Notes: generated by a model not told the origin, from the sequence alone. DNA of 64,000 nucleotides from Phoronis australis (GCA_002633005.1 NMRA01000100.1:765822-829821); one strand, 5' to 3'. Numbered from the stretch's first letter, positions 1-12,316 are shown. Numbers and translations: made by a program.

Positions 1-363
1 GGAGGAGGAGGGGGGTGGAGGGGGGAGTACAACAAAGAGGGGAAACGTTGGGTACGGGAAGAAAATGGTGGGCAAAGAAGTTCATTTAAATCGTGAAATA
101 TTTCAGTTTGAAAATTATAGATTTGATATCACTAAAATCAAAGGAAAAAGGGGGTCCGGACCCCTTGAACCCCTGGATACGCCTATACGTAGACCAGTAC
201 CAACTGAAGGGTGTCCTTTGGATTCCTTAGAATATGATGGTTCGAGCAGAGCGTCATCGTCGCAAGCGCTACGCGTATGACTAAAAAGGCATGTAATGAT
301 TATACTGACCAAAGTCCATCTCAATTGGTCCCCGATTTAAGGTTGCCGGGCAGGAGTACTGCC

Positions 364-519
364 CAGTGGTGGATTTAGTGGGGGTCAAGGGGGGCATGGC
401 CCCCCTAAAATTCTGCCAGATTCCATTTGGCAATTCGGGGCTCCGAATGTTTGACGTACAAAATCCTGGCTAATATTCTGCCTTGGCCCGCTTAACTCAA
501 AATCCCGGATCCGCTCCTG
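364..519. mobile_element. hAT-like MITE with imperfect CAGTGGYGGAT-type TIRs
   Basis: cagtggtggatttag at 364 and ccggatccgctcctg ending 519; internal ggggggcatggcccccc palindrome; further TIR-like ends near 172-186 and 663-677; no clear TSD. Confidence 0.5.
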
Positions 520-677
520 TACCTCCCTTTGGTCGCAAACAAGTAAAATGACATGGAAATAAACGTGTGCTTTACTATGTTGCAGTTAATCTTGAACAAA
601 TACTTTAATGTGTGTACTAGACACAGACAATATATTATGAAAAATATCTCCTCAATGATATCCTAGATCTGCCACTG

Positions 678-1155
678 GGTCCTCGCCGTTTTTCTTTCTG
701 GCCTTTATTCTTGATCAATATCTATCCAAGCCTGCTGCTTACGTTTTCTTGATTTGGTACCAATTTTCTTGTTCTGGACTACGATATTGGCTTTTTCGCT
801 GATCAGTTGTGGGAGGGAACATTTTTCCTCGTGAGAAAAGCTTTTCGCTCTTTTTCGCAAATGTCTGCCGTACTGATTCTACTGCTTTGTGTCATTGTGT
901 ACCTACGTGATCATGGTTTCATTGAAACACTTATAGTTTCTTTATTTGATTAATCCGGGTCAACACAGTAGGTGGCTTGGATACTTTAAACCTAGTTTTA
1001 CTAAACCTGCTTCATGGTTTAACAAAACCAGGCTTTCAGACTTTTAAACAACGTTGGTGAAATGCAAGTTAGGTCTAAAATTGGACCAGGATTAGGGAGA
1101 CCAGGTTTAAGTCTCAAACCTGGTTTTGTTAAACCACTTTTATGAAATTCGCTGC
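678..1155 (-). mobile_element. PIF/Harbinger-like transposon remnant: terminus with subterminal repeats plus decayed Myb/SANT-like ORF
   Basis: 857-705 translates RKRAKSFSHEEKCSLPQLISEKANIVVQNKKIGTKSRKRKQQAWIDIDQE*, matching the RKR..NFS.EE...L..LI.....I.NKK......K..AW..I pattern of Harbinger Myb/SANT proteins; end GAATTTCATAAAAG near 1150 with repeated AAACCAGG-type motifs; perfect 18-bp inverted repeat 1015-1032/1119-1136. Confidence 0.65.
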
Positions 1156-1254
1156 GGGAGTTGTGCACCGGTTTTATCTTTTGTGTCAAGTACCAACTTT
1201 GATATTTAGTAAAGGGTAGGAACCAGATTACAAAATGCAAGAAAAGCACGTCTT

Positions 1255-2461
1255 GACTTAAAGTGAAGATATTTTTATTAATCACAAAGATATTACACAG
1301 GACCAGCAATAAAAGAATAAAGGAAAGTGACTGTCAACACTGGTTGGTAAATAATAAGAACAAAACACATCTGAACATAAACTGTGACCAATGTTCATTA
1401 ATGAACTGGGGAGTACTAGTCACTCAGTATATGAATATGTCAACTTAATATGGCGGCTTTGTGAATGAAAAATTATGTCAAGCCTAACAGCTGGCAATAC
1501 ATCAAAATAATCCCAGTGAGACAGAAGTCTCTTTTGCCTGGCGCAATGGATAGTGACCAGTTCTTCCACATAGTCTTACTGGTGAACTCTACTGGTGCAC
1601 AGATCTAGTGATGAGGAATTCTACCTGCGCTCCATTATCACGACAAAAATTCTGGGTCATTTTCTCCATTACTTCTGGCCAGGCTACATTCTTCTCATTG
1701 TGGTTAAAAATTTTGTGAGAATCTCATGTCAGCGTCACTTTGCCGCAACACAGTCCTTGTGAAGCTGGTACTAGAACAACAGAACAGCAGCAAAATGAAA
1801 CAAAAAAATCACTTAAAACTATCAAACTGATTTTTCAGCGAAAACTTAAAAATATGTTCTTCGGATTAGATATAAATTATATACGTCTTGAACTAAACAT
1901 AATCACATCTCTCGCATGATCATCTCATGCTTATATAAATAAAAAATTAAAAATAATTACACTTATTTACACAATTCGGGATGACTAATCTCGGACATGA
2001 TCTCGTATAAAACTTCACATACATCTCATATCATATACAGACCAAATCATGGTCGTATAAACAAGTTTACACAAGTCAATCTATACAGTCGTCACATAAA
2101 ATTGCACGATATAAAAATATAAACAGCACCGCAAATAACCATATCTACATGTTACAACTTCTACCATTCATAATTTCTCATACACCTAAAATACAGTCTA
2201 GAAAAATTTACAAAATAAAATAAAAATACACAACGTCGAACTACCCTAAAGGAACTCTAGTCGTACTGCATTCTCGTCAACATTAAAACATAAATCAAAA
2301 CTCTATCCAAACGATTCTTATTCAGACACTATCAAACTTTCAACATGTATCAAGTACAGGCACCCTTAGACAAGAAACCATTAATATCAAGAGTAAACAA
2401 AGCGTGTAAAGAAGACCATGATGAAATATCTGCGTGTGGATCAAGTAATCAATAAACCATT
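1255..2461 (-). other. Putative 3'UTR of KIF26 (about 1.2 kb; lower boundary approximate)
   Basis: Lies between stop codon and the AATAAA at 1274-1279; U-rich on transcript strand. Confidence 0.6.
1274..1279 (-). terminator. Polyadenylation signal AATAAA
   Basis: tttatt on + strand; followed on the transcript strand by GU/U-rich GTGCTTTTCTTGCATTTTGT (about 1230-1249). Confidence 0.6.
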
Positions 2462-2610
2462 TTAGTTTGCTAATGGTTTTGAGTCAAAACATGTGACCAT
2501 CATAATTCGTGACTTGCAAGCAGCCACACGCTTTTCCAAGATGGCAGTCTCCTTCTCCAAAGCTTCAATGTAGTTTGGGTCATCTCGATCTTCCTGCGAT
2601 GCTACATGCA
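2462..2610 (-). CDS. KIF26: KIF26 terminal coding exon L (...YIEALEKETAILEKRVAACKSRIMMVTCFDSKPLAN*)
   Basis: ttgcag|TG acceptor, phase 1; TAA at 2462-2464; EALE...CK..MM.TCFD is the conserved KIF26 C-terminus. Confidence 0.93.
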
Positions 2611-3162
2611 CTGCAACGGAAAGAGACAACATTTCTTCAAATTGAAAAAATCCAACAAACAACTTGAATACAATACAACACATTAAACAGGATATCCTAA
2701 AGTGACAAAACATTTCACAAGCAACCAACTGTTTACAACAAAAAATAAATATAATGATTGAAAGACAAGTGTCTTATTATCAAATTTTCTTTGTCTTGAA
2801 ATAATTTGCTTGAAGAATATTAAGTAAACTGAAATTACAATTTTCAAAGCTGTCACGAATTAGGTAGCCAAACATAACACGTGAAAAAGAACAATTATAT
2901 TACAAATTAGAGACATGTATTCATTGACCAATAAACAATTGAGTAATTTCATGGAAAACTTTGCAGTCAGCACAAATCACATTTTTGGGTCGAGAACAAA
3001 ATGGTCATCAATTAGAATAGCCTGGTTCCTTGTGGTGAAGACTGAGCAAAGTTACAGCATCGTAGTGTTCTGTGAATTTATCTGGGAAGTTTTTGCCTCA
3101 AATTTCACAGCTGGCTACAGTGTATAGCAGATGACAACAACTGTTATACACATGATACTTAC

Positions 3163-3289
3163 AGTCAAAGCTCCAGGTACCCTCGTCAATCATCAATCGT
3201 TGCTTGGCGGTGGCCAGTTCTGACTTGAGCTCGTCTTGATGCTTGAGGAGTTCGGCCACTCGTTGGCGTCGACGCTGCAGAGCTCGAAG
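3163..3289 (-). CDS. KIF26: KIF26 exon K, C-terminal coiled coil (LRALQRRRQRVAELL...KQRLMIDEGTWSFD)
   Basis: ttttgcag|CTT acceptor, T|GTAAGT donor; 127 nt, phase 0 to 1. Confidence 0.92.
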
Positions 3290-4755
3290 CTGCAAAAACA
3301 ACATTGAGCTCGGTCAGTGAGCACACTACATAGAACACACAGGAGAAAGAGTGAAAACCTGAATTGTCAACTGACAATTCAATCTGGATCTGAACTAACA
3401 GGCAAGGACTCAAAGTGTGAACTGATTTCAATGTACAGAACCTCATTCAATTCTATAATCAAATTCTGTGAACGAAAATTACGAGGCTTTACACCTTGGA
3501 TCTGTAAAAACTTCAAGTAAATACAGAAGCTTTATATTTTTATCAACTCCTAGTTTACAGTGACTTATACAAATTAAAAAACAGGTTCAAAATTACTGAT
3601 CTGATGTAAAGAGAACAGATTAACTGCTGGTAACATAAGACATCATATTTTTCTTCACAACTTTTGTTCATGTAGTGCTTTAGACTGCAGAGGCAACACT
3701 TAGTGTTTGGCAACAGTGCGGACAGAAGAAAAGCAATAGGCAAGTAAGAACTCTATGAGACATGAAAGGTGATTTCAGAAAATAATAATTCCTACCAACT
3801 CACACCTTGGCACACTATTATGTGAGGAACTAATAATTGCAAAGCCAACTTATACATAACAACAATTAACCAGCCGCCATACAGTGTGAATCAAGACAGC
3901 ATTAAGAGCACAACATTGGAAAGTGACCACCGCAACAGTAATAACAATAATAACAGTGCAAGATGGCGGAGACATGACGAGATAGAATACCTTGTGAAAT
4001 ATAGCGTCGGTGTCCCTAGGTTGCATGTAAGTAGTTTTTATACCACAATAAACTACATTCATAGATGCCGCGAGAACGTTGACTTCTTTTCTCCGCCTCA
4101 ACGGATCAGTCATCAACTTTTGAAAATTCAACTACTAAAAGGACAGTGTATCCCTCAAAAACAACTCGAGTACACCAGCACCTACTGACCATGTAACAAA
4201 CCAATGCCCAGACTGCTACCGAGCCCAGGATGTCTACGGGAAGTGAATCAGTCCTACATAGATACGATTTATTGCTCAAATGAAGAAAACAAACACAGGC
4301 ATGGGCTTTTATTAGATTGTTGGAGATGCCCAGGGCAGTCTGAAGTGGCATTAACTATTTTATCCATGATCATCCCAACGTCAGCTGGGTAATCATGGCA
4401 ACCATCTAGTGATTACGCAATTAAGATAATTGATCAGCTGATACTGAGCCTAACCATTAACTATGGGTTGAAACAATGTAGTTAATGCAATTACAATATG
4501 AAATCTGGGATATTAAGTTATGTTATAAGTGTCTCTTCTCTATTTCAAACTTGTCATTTGGTGTCATGACTGAATAAATCACTATTTACTTTGTTCAGGG
4601 CATTTCAAACACTAAACTCATAGAATTATTTTAAGAACTTAGTTAACATAATTATTCTCAAAATCATCCAGATTTTGTTTTCCAGAATCAACAAAAAACA
4701 AATTCCTGCATTTAAACCGTTATGACCAATCACCAATCACAAATGTCAGTCTTAC

Positions 4756-4988
4756 CTCCATCTCTTCTTGTCTCCGTCTCTGCATCCGTTCGACGTCGTC
4801 AATATCATACACTTTCAATTCCAGTGGTTCATTCACCGTTTGTAAGCGGCGTGTGTCCACCCAGGCTCTTGGTGATGGGATACCACTGGTGCATTTATTT
4901 GGAGACGGAGAAGGGCTGTGTAGTCTTCGGCTGGAGCCTGGACTGCCCTCTAGTGGCCGTGGCGGAGCTGATCGACTGCGACGAGGTG
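4756..4988 (-). CDS. KIF26: KIF26 exon J (APRRSRS...WVD...EPLELKVYDIDDVERMQRRRQEEME)
   Basis: ctctag|CA acceptor, GAG|GTAAGA donor; 233 nt, phase 1 to 0; KVY.IDDVER.QRRR C-terminal motif of KIF26. Confidence 0.9.
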
Positions 4989-5870
4989 CTAGAGATCGGA
5001 CCAGAAAATGTCTGAGTTTTAGTAAACGAGATACAAACTTATGCAGGAACATTGCAGAAACACTGAAGTAAACACTATCAAGCACAGCAATTCCTTCAGA
5101 CACAATCTGTAATATTGACTTAGCAGAAAACAGTCTCTCATCATAAGTAATAGCACAAGCTATTAGCAGTTAATGTACAATCAAGAAGCACTCTTTCATT
5201 ATAATGACAACTGTCAAGTTAAATTACATGTTCAAAAGCACATGGTCTGGTGCTAACAGAAAATCCTACCGGTTTGTTTATTTTATTTTCTCCATTGCCT
5301 CTTGTTTATGAGATTAACTGACTTTACATAACAATGTAGCTATTTTAGATAATGAAAATGCACCAAGCAGAAACCTGCTACACACAAGGGAGATTTAGCA
5401 ACAATATACTGTACAGCAGAGCTGTTTTCAAACTTAGACGATAATTGTAATCCTTTCACATGCTGGATGTCCTCAGTAATGAGCAAATCGAATATCTTTA
5501 CCTGTTCTACTACAGATTATAACCAGTGCATGTGTTTCATATAAAACCAGACATGGTGGAACAAGACTAGTTTTTGTAAACTTTGCCCTATTACACAGAA
5601 AGGGGATAAAATGGATTTTAAAAAGTTACATTTCAAAATAGTTCATCCTATGAATCGATACCAAAGCTTAAAATTCCTAGTGGCTTTTATTCTTGGTTTG
5701 CACATGGCTGGATATCGAATGCAAAATTTTTTTTATTATGACATTCATATCAGTTTTTCGAGTTTATGTGTAGAGCTTGTTAAAATTTTTGTCTTGCTTT
5801 TTTTCGTCACTTATGAAATTCTTATCAATTTTACATTTCCTCAAAAACACTTTGTTACTTAAACTCTCAT

Positions 5871-5965
5871 TAGGTTGATAGGTGCCCGCTTTCTTCACTC
5901 AAGGTCGTGGGTTCGAGTCCCACTAGGTCACACTGCTAAACCCTTGAGTCAAGTTTCTAGCTCTT
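5871..5965 (+). mobile_element. tRNA-derived SINE head fragment
   Basis: T-arm/B-box gtgggttcgagtcccac (5907-5923) followed by cccttgagtcaag-like body; no complete cloverleaf. Confidence 0.55.
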
Positions 5966-6264
5966 CAGCTCGGTTTTAACCATATATTAATAAAACATAA
6001 AAATAGTTCCAGGTAGCCAGTGTAATGGGCCCACATGCGAGGCCTGCGCACATCTGGTGCAACATGTATCAGACCACCCACAATTGTTTTTTAAGCTCTC
6101 ATTATGGTGATACATCAATAATCAGCATTTTGAGATGCAGTTCAGTTGAATGGTCACTATACAGGGTGGAGTATATGAGATTTACATATTCACACACACT
6201 TCAATTAACGAATTATTTAAATTACAATACACTCTATTCTAAGAAAAAACCAAATATCACATAC

Positions 6265-9200
6265 CAGGTATCTTCTTCTTCAAGATCCTCATCCCACGCA
6301 CACGGCCCTCCGTCGAGCTCTCGCTGGTCGAGTCATGCGTTGACGAGCATGTCACCTCACTGTCGCGCATCATGCTCTCATAGCCACTACTAGCGCCACA
6401 GTTGGCCTGACTGCCAGTCTTGGATGGCGACATGCCACTGACACAGCTACTGTTGTCACTACCGTGACCACTACTTGTAGACCGGCTGACACTACGAGGC
6501 TTGGTCATGCTGTGGTAGGGAGATAATAATTTCTTATCCTGCGTGTCCACACCACTGTCTGAGTCCGTGGCACGACATCGCCCACTCAATTCACTGATGC
6601 GACTATTGCTCATTTTACTCATAGATTTGGCCTCCTTCAACTTGCTCTTGGAGAACTTAAACGAAGACTTCTCTGTCTTGCTCTCTTTTGTGGATTGCAT
6701 AGTGGAACTCTTGCTTGAAGACGTCGGTAGCTTGCTCTTGGTCAAAGTAAGCTTGGAAGATTTGGTCTCGCTCCGAGAGTCGCTTGTTTTCGTTGTCTTG
6801 CGCTCCTTACTAGAACTGCGACTCGTTGGTGGTGCACTGCTGGCACGCACAGGGGAGCTAATACTGGGTGAACTGGGGGCTGAGCTGGAAGTCACCGCCT
6901 TCTTAAAAGTAGAAAATGAAGGCTTTGGTGCAGGTGTCGGAGGACTGCTCGTGTTATTCACTGGCTTGGGTAAGCTACTCGTGCGAGGAGGTTTCTGCGG
7001 AGGAGGTGGCTTAACTCTAGGTATACTGGTCCCCGACAGGGTGCGCATGGCAGGCTTTTTTGGCACGGCTGGTTTGGATTTGGTGGGTAGTCTACTGCCC
7101 TGTTGCGTCATAGAGTCCGACTTCTCCAGCTCTTCTGCTGACTGCCCAATAATGGTGCGTCCTGCGCTTCTGTGACAAGGAGTGCATGGAGCACTCTGGG
7201 ATACCTCAGGCTCTATCACACGTTGCAGCTGAGCAACAACTTCCTGATGAAACACAACCAGGTTATCTGAATCCCCGGACAGGATAGTAGGGTCTTTGTT
7301 TAAACACGGATCCGACGCTCCATCAGGCTTACGTAAGCACTGGTTTTCGAACCGTTTCTCAATCTCGTCCAGCACCGGAGATATCTCGTCATTGTTCTCA
7401 ATGTCACTACAGTAGTTGGACGTCACCGGGGAGGTCTGAGTGGTACCACTTGTCTGCGAGACGTCGCTGGTCTGAGTGGCCACCGTCCTTTCCCGGATAT
7501 TTCCCTCACTATCACAGTAATCAATGCCCATGCTAATGCATTCAGTCACAGGCGACGAGCTCAAGACACGCTCCATAACTCGCCGTTTCTCTGGGTAACT
7601 GTTCAGTGTGCTAAAATCTGATGAGTCATTAGCGCTCAACCCTTCCAACTGTTCTTCTGCCGCCATCTCATAGACGGATTCACGCAGAGTGCCTTTCTCA
7701 TCTGCCGTCAGACTGCTACATGTGGTTGACTGGTCAAAGGTGACCACACTCATATGACTCTGGCTCTCCAGGTCATCAGGTGTGAACCATACTTGATCCT
7801 CGCCACCACCATTACGCGGAACATTGGGAGCTGGTCGCGCCATCTGCAGGGCTGGCTGGCGCTTGCGCCTCTCCATTGACTGAATACGCTCACTATAGCT
7901 CTGAGTTAAATCTCCTTCAGCGACCAATGAACTGCGACAACTGTTGGATTGGTCAACACTCAACGACCGGACCCATTCCATAGTTCGATGGCTAGGGCTC
8001 GCTGGAGGTGGCAGCATGGATTTCTTCAACTTCTTCTTCATCATCGGTGAGTTCTTTGGACTCAATGACCGTGCACGTTGGTTGTGTTCAAGTTCCACAC
8101 GTCTCACTTCGCACACAGACTTGTACGACGGCGCGTACTCTGACTGGGCAAGATCAGGAATGAACTTCTCTGGCAAAGCACTATTTTTCTTGGCCTCCTC
8201 GGCATACAGCGGCACATTGGGTGACACTGTACTGTGCTTCTCCACCCAATCACGCACAAACGGTTTTACAGACATTACCACTTTAGGTTTGTCAGTAGAG
8301 TCACTGGGCATGAACTTTGTCTCAGCTTTCACAACCTGTTCCACTTCATTCGTCTCCGTCACAATACTCTCGGGCCGTGACTCCCCCACATTGACCGCCA
8401 CAGAGCCAGAGTCAACACTGATCATGCTCTCGGGACGGCCTTCCGCCACCACGCGTTCAGGAAGCACAGATTTCGCAGTGATGAAAGGTTTAGTTATTGC
8501 TGAAATGTCAGGTATGGACTCCTTGCCCATCCCTAGAGTCAGAGTCTCAATATTTCTTCCTTCATCCAGTGTTGACGTGCCATCAGCCGGACAACTCTCC
8601 AGTGCGTCAATTTCACTGTCAGGAATGAGGTCAATCACGTCACTGCTATTCTCACTGATGTCATCGCACAGTTCCGATCTATCTCTCACTGTAGGCAAGG
8701 CAATGGCCCGTGGCTTTGACGGTGATTGGACTCTGTCTGCAGAAGCTCTCCTGGTTGGCGGAACACTGACCACATTCTGTTTAACCTTTTTGTCCTCATC
8801 GCTGTGACGGCGAGTTTCCAGTGTTCTTAGCCGTTCAGGTGTTGGTAACGACTGCTTCCTATGACAGGAATCTGTTTTGGGTGTAGCCTGTACAGGCGTT
8901 GTGGCCGTGAATTCACCCGGACCATCGACCCACACCTCGACACCCTTGTTGGCATCGGGGTAGATGACAGCACCTGGTCCGTCGATCCACTGTTCTTGGG
9001 TGGGTGAGTCTAACGATGGTGTGAACGGTGCCACCTTTGGCCATGCATTGATATTAGTCCTAGGCACAACGCGATTGGTCGGCCGGTGGTGTTTGTGATC
9101 CGAATCCGAGGTAGGCACACGTGGCTTGCTAGCACTTTGTATTTTGGATTTCACAACACTTGTTTTCTGAGGTATCTGGCTAGCCGACGGAGCAGGAGCA

Positions 9201-9664
9201 GTATTTGGTTTTGCTTTGTCGGGTTTGGTCCTTTCTAGAGTTTGTAGTTTACCCTTCTCGGGTGGTTTCAATGTACTCGGTTTCTTAACAGGTGGCGATG
9301 GCGACCTTTCCGTAGGCATCACCGATTCTCCAACTTTTAATTTTTCCACGACATCATCACCTGACGATCGACTGGCACTCGATCCACTGGAGTTAGGAAT
9401 AGGACTCAGTCGATTCGTTTTAGGCAAAATGGGCACACTCACAGGCGGTCCCTCATTGTCCGTAAGTTCCCGATCACTAAGCGCCTGCCCATTGCGGCCA
9501 ACATAAATGACCGTGTCACACGATTGCTCGCTACTGGACGTGTAGTCGGGATCGGAGGACTGTGAGGAGTACGAGTCCTCTCGTAATGTGCCCATCCTGG
9601 GCACACGGCGACGTAACCGGCCATCATCACATGAACTGGAGTCATCAGAACTGGAGCAGGAAAA
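6265..9664 (-). CDS. KIF26: KIF26 exon I, 3400-nt exon encoding Ser/Pro-rich disordered tail
   Basis: ttttgcag|TTT acceptor, G|GTATGT donor; phase 0 to 1; KIF26 motifs [59 protein letters not shown]. Confidence 0.95.
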
Positions 9665-10178
9665 CTGCAAAAGGAAATCAAAATAAATGTAAAAATATAT
9701 CACTCTACTGCATGTTGGAGAATTAGCACTCTTCCTAAATCCAGCCTCGTACTGATGGCAGTCCCTTTTGTAAACAGGATTTGATAAATACATTACAGTG
9801 GTGTGTCCGAATTTCATGCATCGGAAAACAGTTGAGTCGAACCCTAAGTGGATTGAAACCATTTGTGATCTGTTTTTTAAAATTTTTTTGTCTTGACTTA
9901 GTTTGTTTCTGCCTGAAGACGAGGCATGACCAGTCTCAGAATATAGCTGGGGCACTATGCATCATTGAAATGTTTCCTGGTCATCTATTCTATCCTTTGT
10001 CAGACAGAGTCAAAATCCTTACACGACCGCTAAAAAGAAAACTATTGGTCACATTCTTATAATCAAATACCTAAACTCATTCGTACTGAATTCATGCATG
10101 CATAGTCTTACGACCAGACAGTTAAGAACGGTTTTCCCAAACACTGTACAACACCATCATGTCCTTTGGAAGACTTAC

Positions 10179-10344
10179 CTTAGACTTGGCCTTCCTCTTC
10201 ATCCTGAATATTCTGGCTGCAAGCTGTATCACCTGAAGGGTCTCATTGTAGTTGCCAACAGATGGCGATATGTGTGCAATCATGCACGTCCGACATGACA
10301 CACTGCTGACTGACTCCTTCACTAGCTGGGTCAGCTTGCTCTCC
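10179..10344 (-). CDS. KIF26: KIF26 exon H, end of motor domain (ESKLTQL...CRTCMIAHIS...ETLQVIQLAARIFRMKRKAKSK)
   Basis: ttgcag|G acceptor, AAG|GTAAGT donor; 166 nt, phase 2 to 0. Confidence 0.95.
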
Positions 10345-10423
10345 CTGCAACAAATAATTAGAACACATGGAGATGGGCGACCTCGTAGTAAGTTATAGGA
10401 AATATACACCTGGGACTGTAAGA

Positions 10424-10512
10424 GGAAAATCTCACCAATTTTGGACAAAAATAATTGCAAAAACTACCATTTTCATTTTTCAGTGTATTCTAACATTATT
10501 GTGAATGCCCTT
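10424..10512 (+). repeat. Dispersed repeat copy (others about 37859-37886 +, 57905-57996 -, 61430-61500 -)
   Basis: Shared core aaatctcaccaattttggacaaaaa.aatt...tttcatttt. Confidence 0.55.
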
Positions 10513-11201
10513 AGTTTATGAAAGTTTTGTCTGACAGTAAAAATGGAACATAGCTTTTCATATTTTTATGAAAAATGAAAAAACAAAAAAAACCCTGTCC
10601 GTCATGTTGTTCATGAGAATTTGCAGTCCACCCTTATATGCTATTCAAAGAAAATTAAACAATCGCATGCCGCAACTCGAGTAAACTCTCAAATTTTATG
10701 TGATGCATTTTGTTTTTTGGATCTGAAATCTTTTATCGAGTTTAATGCTCGCTGGTCATGGATTAAATTGGTTTGCATTAAAATTCATTTAATTAGAAAT
10801 TTTATTGATCAAGCAAAAAGAATACTTGCATAGCTATAATCTCTCAAAAACTAAAATTAATCATACAAATCATGGAAGTGATATTTTTGATCTCCCACTA
10901 ACAGGAAATCTTTGCATAAAGCATAGCAGCCCAAGTTTCAACTAAAACTGATCAGCCATTTATGAGACAATATGTTATCCAAATTTGGAATTTTTGGAGT
11001 CCTTTGATTGGAACCTTAATCACTCATACGTGGACTCCTCAAATGATACACAAAGACTTTTTGCACCATATTGTGTCAACATGAGAACACAAAACGAAAG
11101 TCTGAAAGTAGTTGCTTTGAACAGAGGTCTCAATAGAACATCATACAAGGATTCAAAAACAAGGTTTTAAAAAGTGCTTGTAACAAAACACGTCACCATA
11201 C

Positions 11202-11349
11202 TTGTGAGGCATGTGGCGTTGGCCGTTGAGTAGACACATGATGACATTTCCCAGAGCAGAGAGACTCAGTGCATTCCCACTATTCTCTTTGGACTTCGTA
11301 CATGAGCCAAGGTCAATTAAATGAAGACGACTTCTACCACCAGCGACAC
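11202..11349 (-). CDS. KIF26: KIF26 exon G ([17 protein letters not shown]...[10 protein letters not shown]...HMPHK)
   Basis: ctctcctag|GT acceptor, AA|GTATGG donor; 148 nt, phase 1 to 2; [14 protein letters not shown] is the KIF26 switch II region. Confidence 0.95.
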
Positions 11350-11723
11350 CTAGGAGAGAGAAAGTAAACATAGCACTGTCTATAAGATCTGCTGGATGGA
11401 TTAGTGTTAAGTTTGGCCAATAGAAGGCACTGACATACATAAACTGAGAGCACTTATGCGTTGACTTCATACGGCAACATAAACTGAAATAATACACAAG
11501 AGTAGATAAAAAGCAAGGTATTAACACATATGTTTGAACTGCTTTATTCAATGTTATTTAACTGGTGATTGGCAGTGATTACATTGAGTCTGCTATTAAC
11601 TCAAACTCAGACATTAGACCCAACACAGTATTTGCTAATCAATTGCGCAAAGCATTTAAGACCACACTGTGTCATCATGGTTTAATGGAGAAGCAGACAG
11701 ACATATCGACTTGAATTACTGAC

Positions 11724-11981
11724 CAGCACCAGGGTTAGTTCCACCCGTCTTTGAGTCCTTTTCTAGTCTGTATTGATAGACATGAAGTGTGAACAAGATG
11801 TGGGAGTTACGTCCCTCATCCTCCTCGTGGGGGGCCCGTGCGTTCAGGGCTGCGTCCAGGTAGTAGGCTGCTTTGTCAGCCGTAGGGGCGCGTAGCTCAC
11901 TCTGATTCTCCAGCTGGGTGCCACAGATGGGGTCCTCCCGTAAGTAGACACCGGGTGCAGCACCACCTCCTGACTCGGTAC
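11724..11981 (-). CDS. KIF26: KIF26 exon F (GTESGG...[34 protein letters not shown]...[15 protein letters not shown]...)
   Basis: Hand-translated in a frame different from the ORF track; gtcag|GT acceptor, G|GTCAGT donor; 258 nt, phase 1 to 1. Confidence 0.95.
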
Positions 11982-12316
11982 CTGACCATAAGGTCGAATA
12001 TTTATCACAATAAAATCACTAATGCTCACACTAACGGCAAAATGACAATGTAAGTTATAAAAGACTGGAAATTTGCCAATGAAGATAATTTTCAAAATCT
12101 ATTATCAGACAGTCATACGCTTACACCATACCAAGAAATACTGAGAAGTCTAAGTCTGAAGCTAAATTAAGTCAAGAAGTAATAAGCATGATTGTCAAAT
12201 AATAAACTCAAAATAAACAGTAGTTGCAAAGTGTCATTAGAGTTTTCAGTGGATCTAACAAATATAATTATTGCATAGCTTCACACAGCCGTTAGCCACT
12301 CTTACTAACTGCCTAA

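Noticed and set aside
5871-5930. tRNA gene
   Set aside because: Only the T-arm/B-box is intact; no acceptor stem or full cloverleaf, so better explained as a SINE head
6543-8807. Plus-strand ORFs of 210 and 287 aa
   Set aside because: Antisense shadows of the large KIF26 exon with no independent protein features
9665-9955. N-terminal part of the 1232-aa ORF in the track
   Set aside because: Intronic read-through; the true exon starts at acceptor 9664, in phase with exon H
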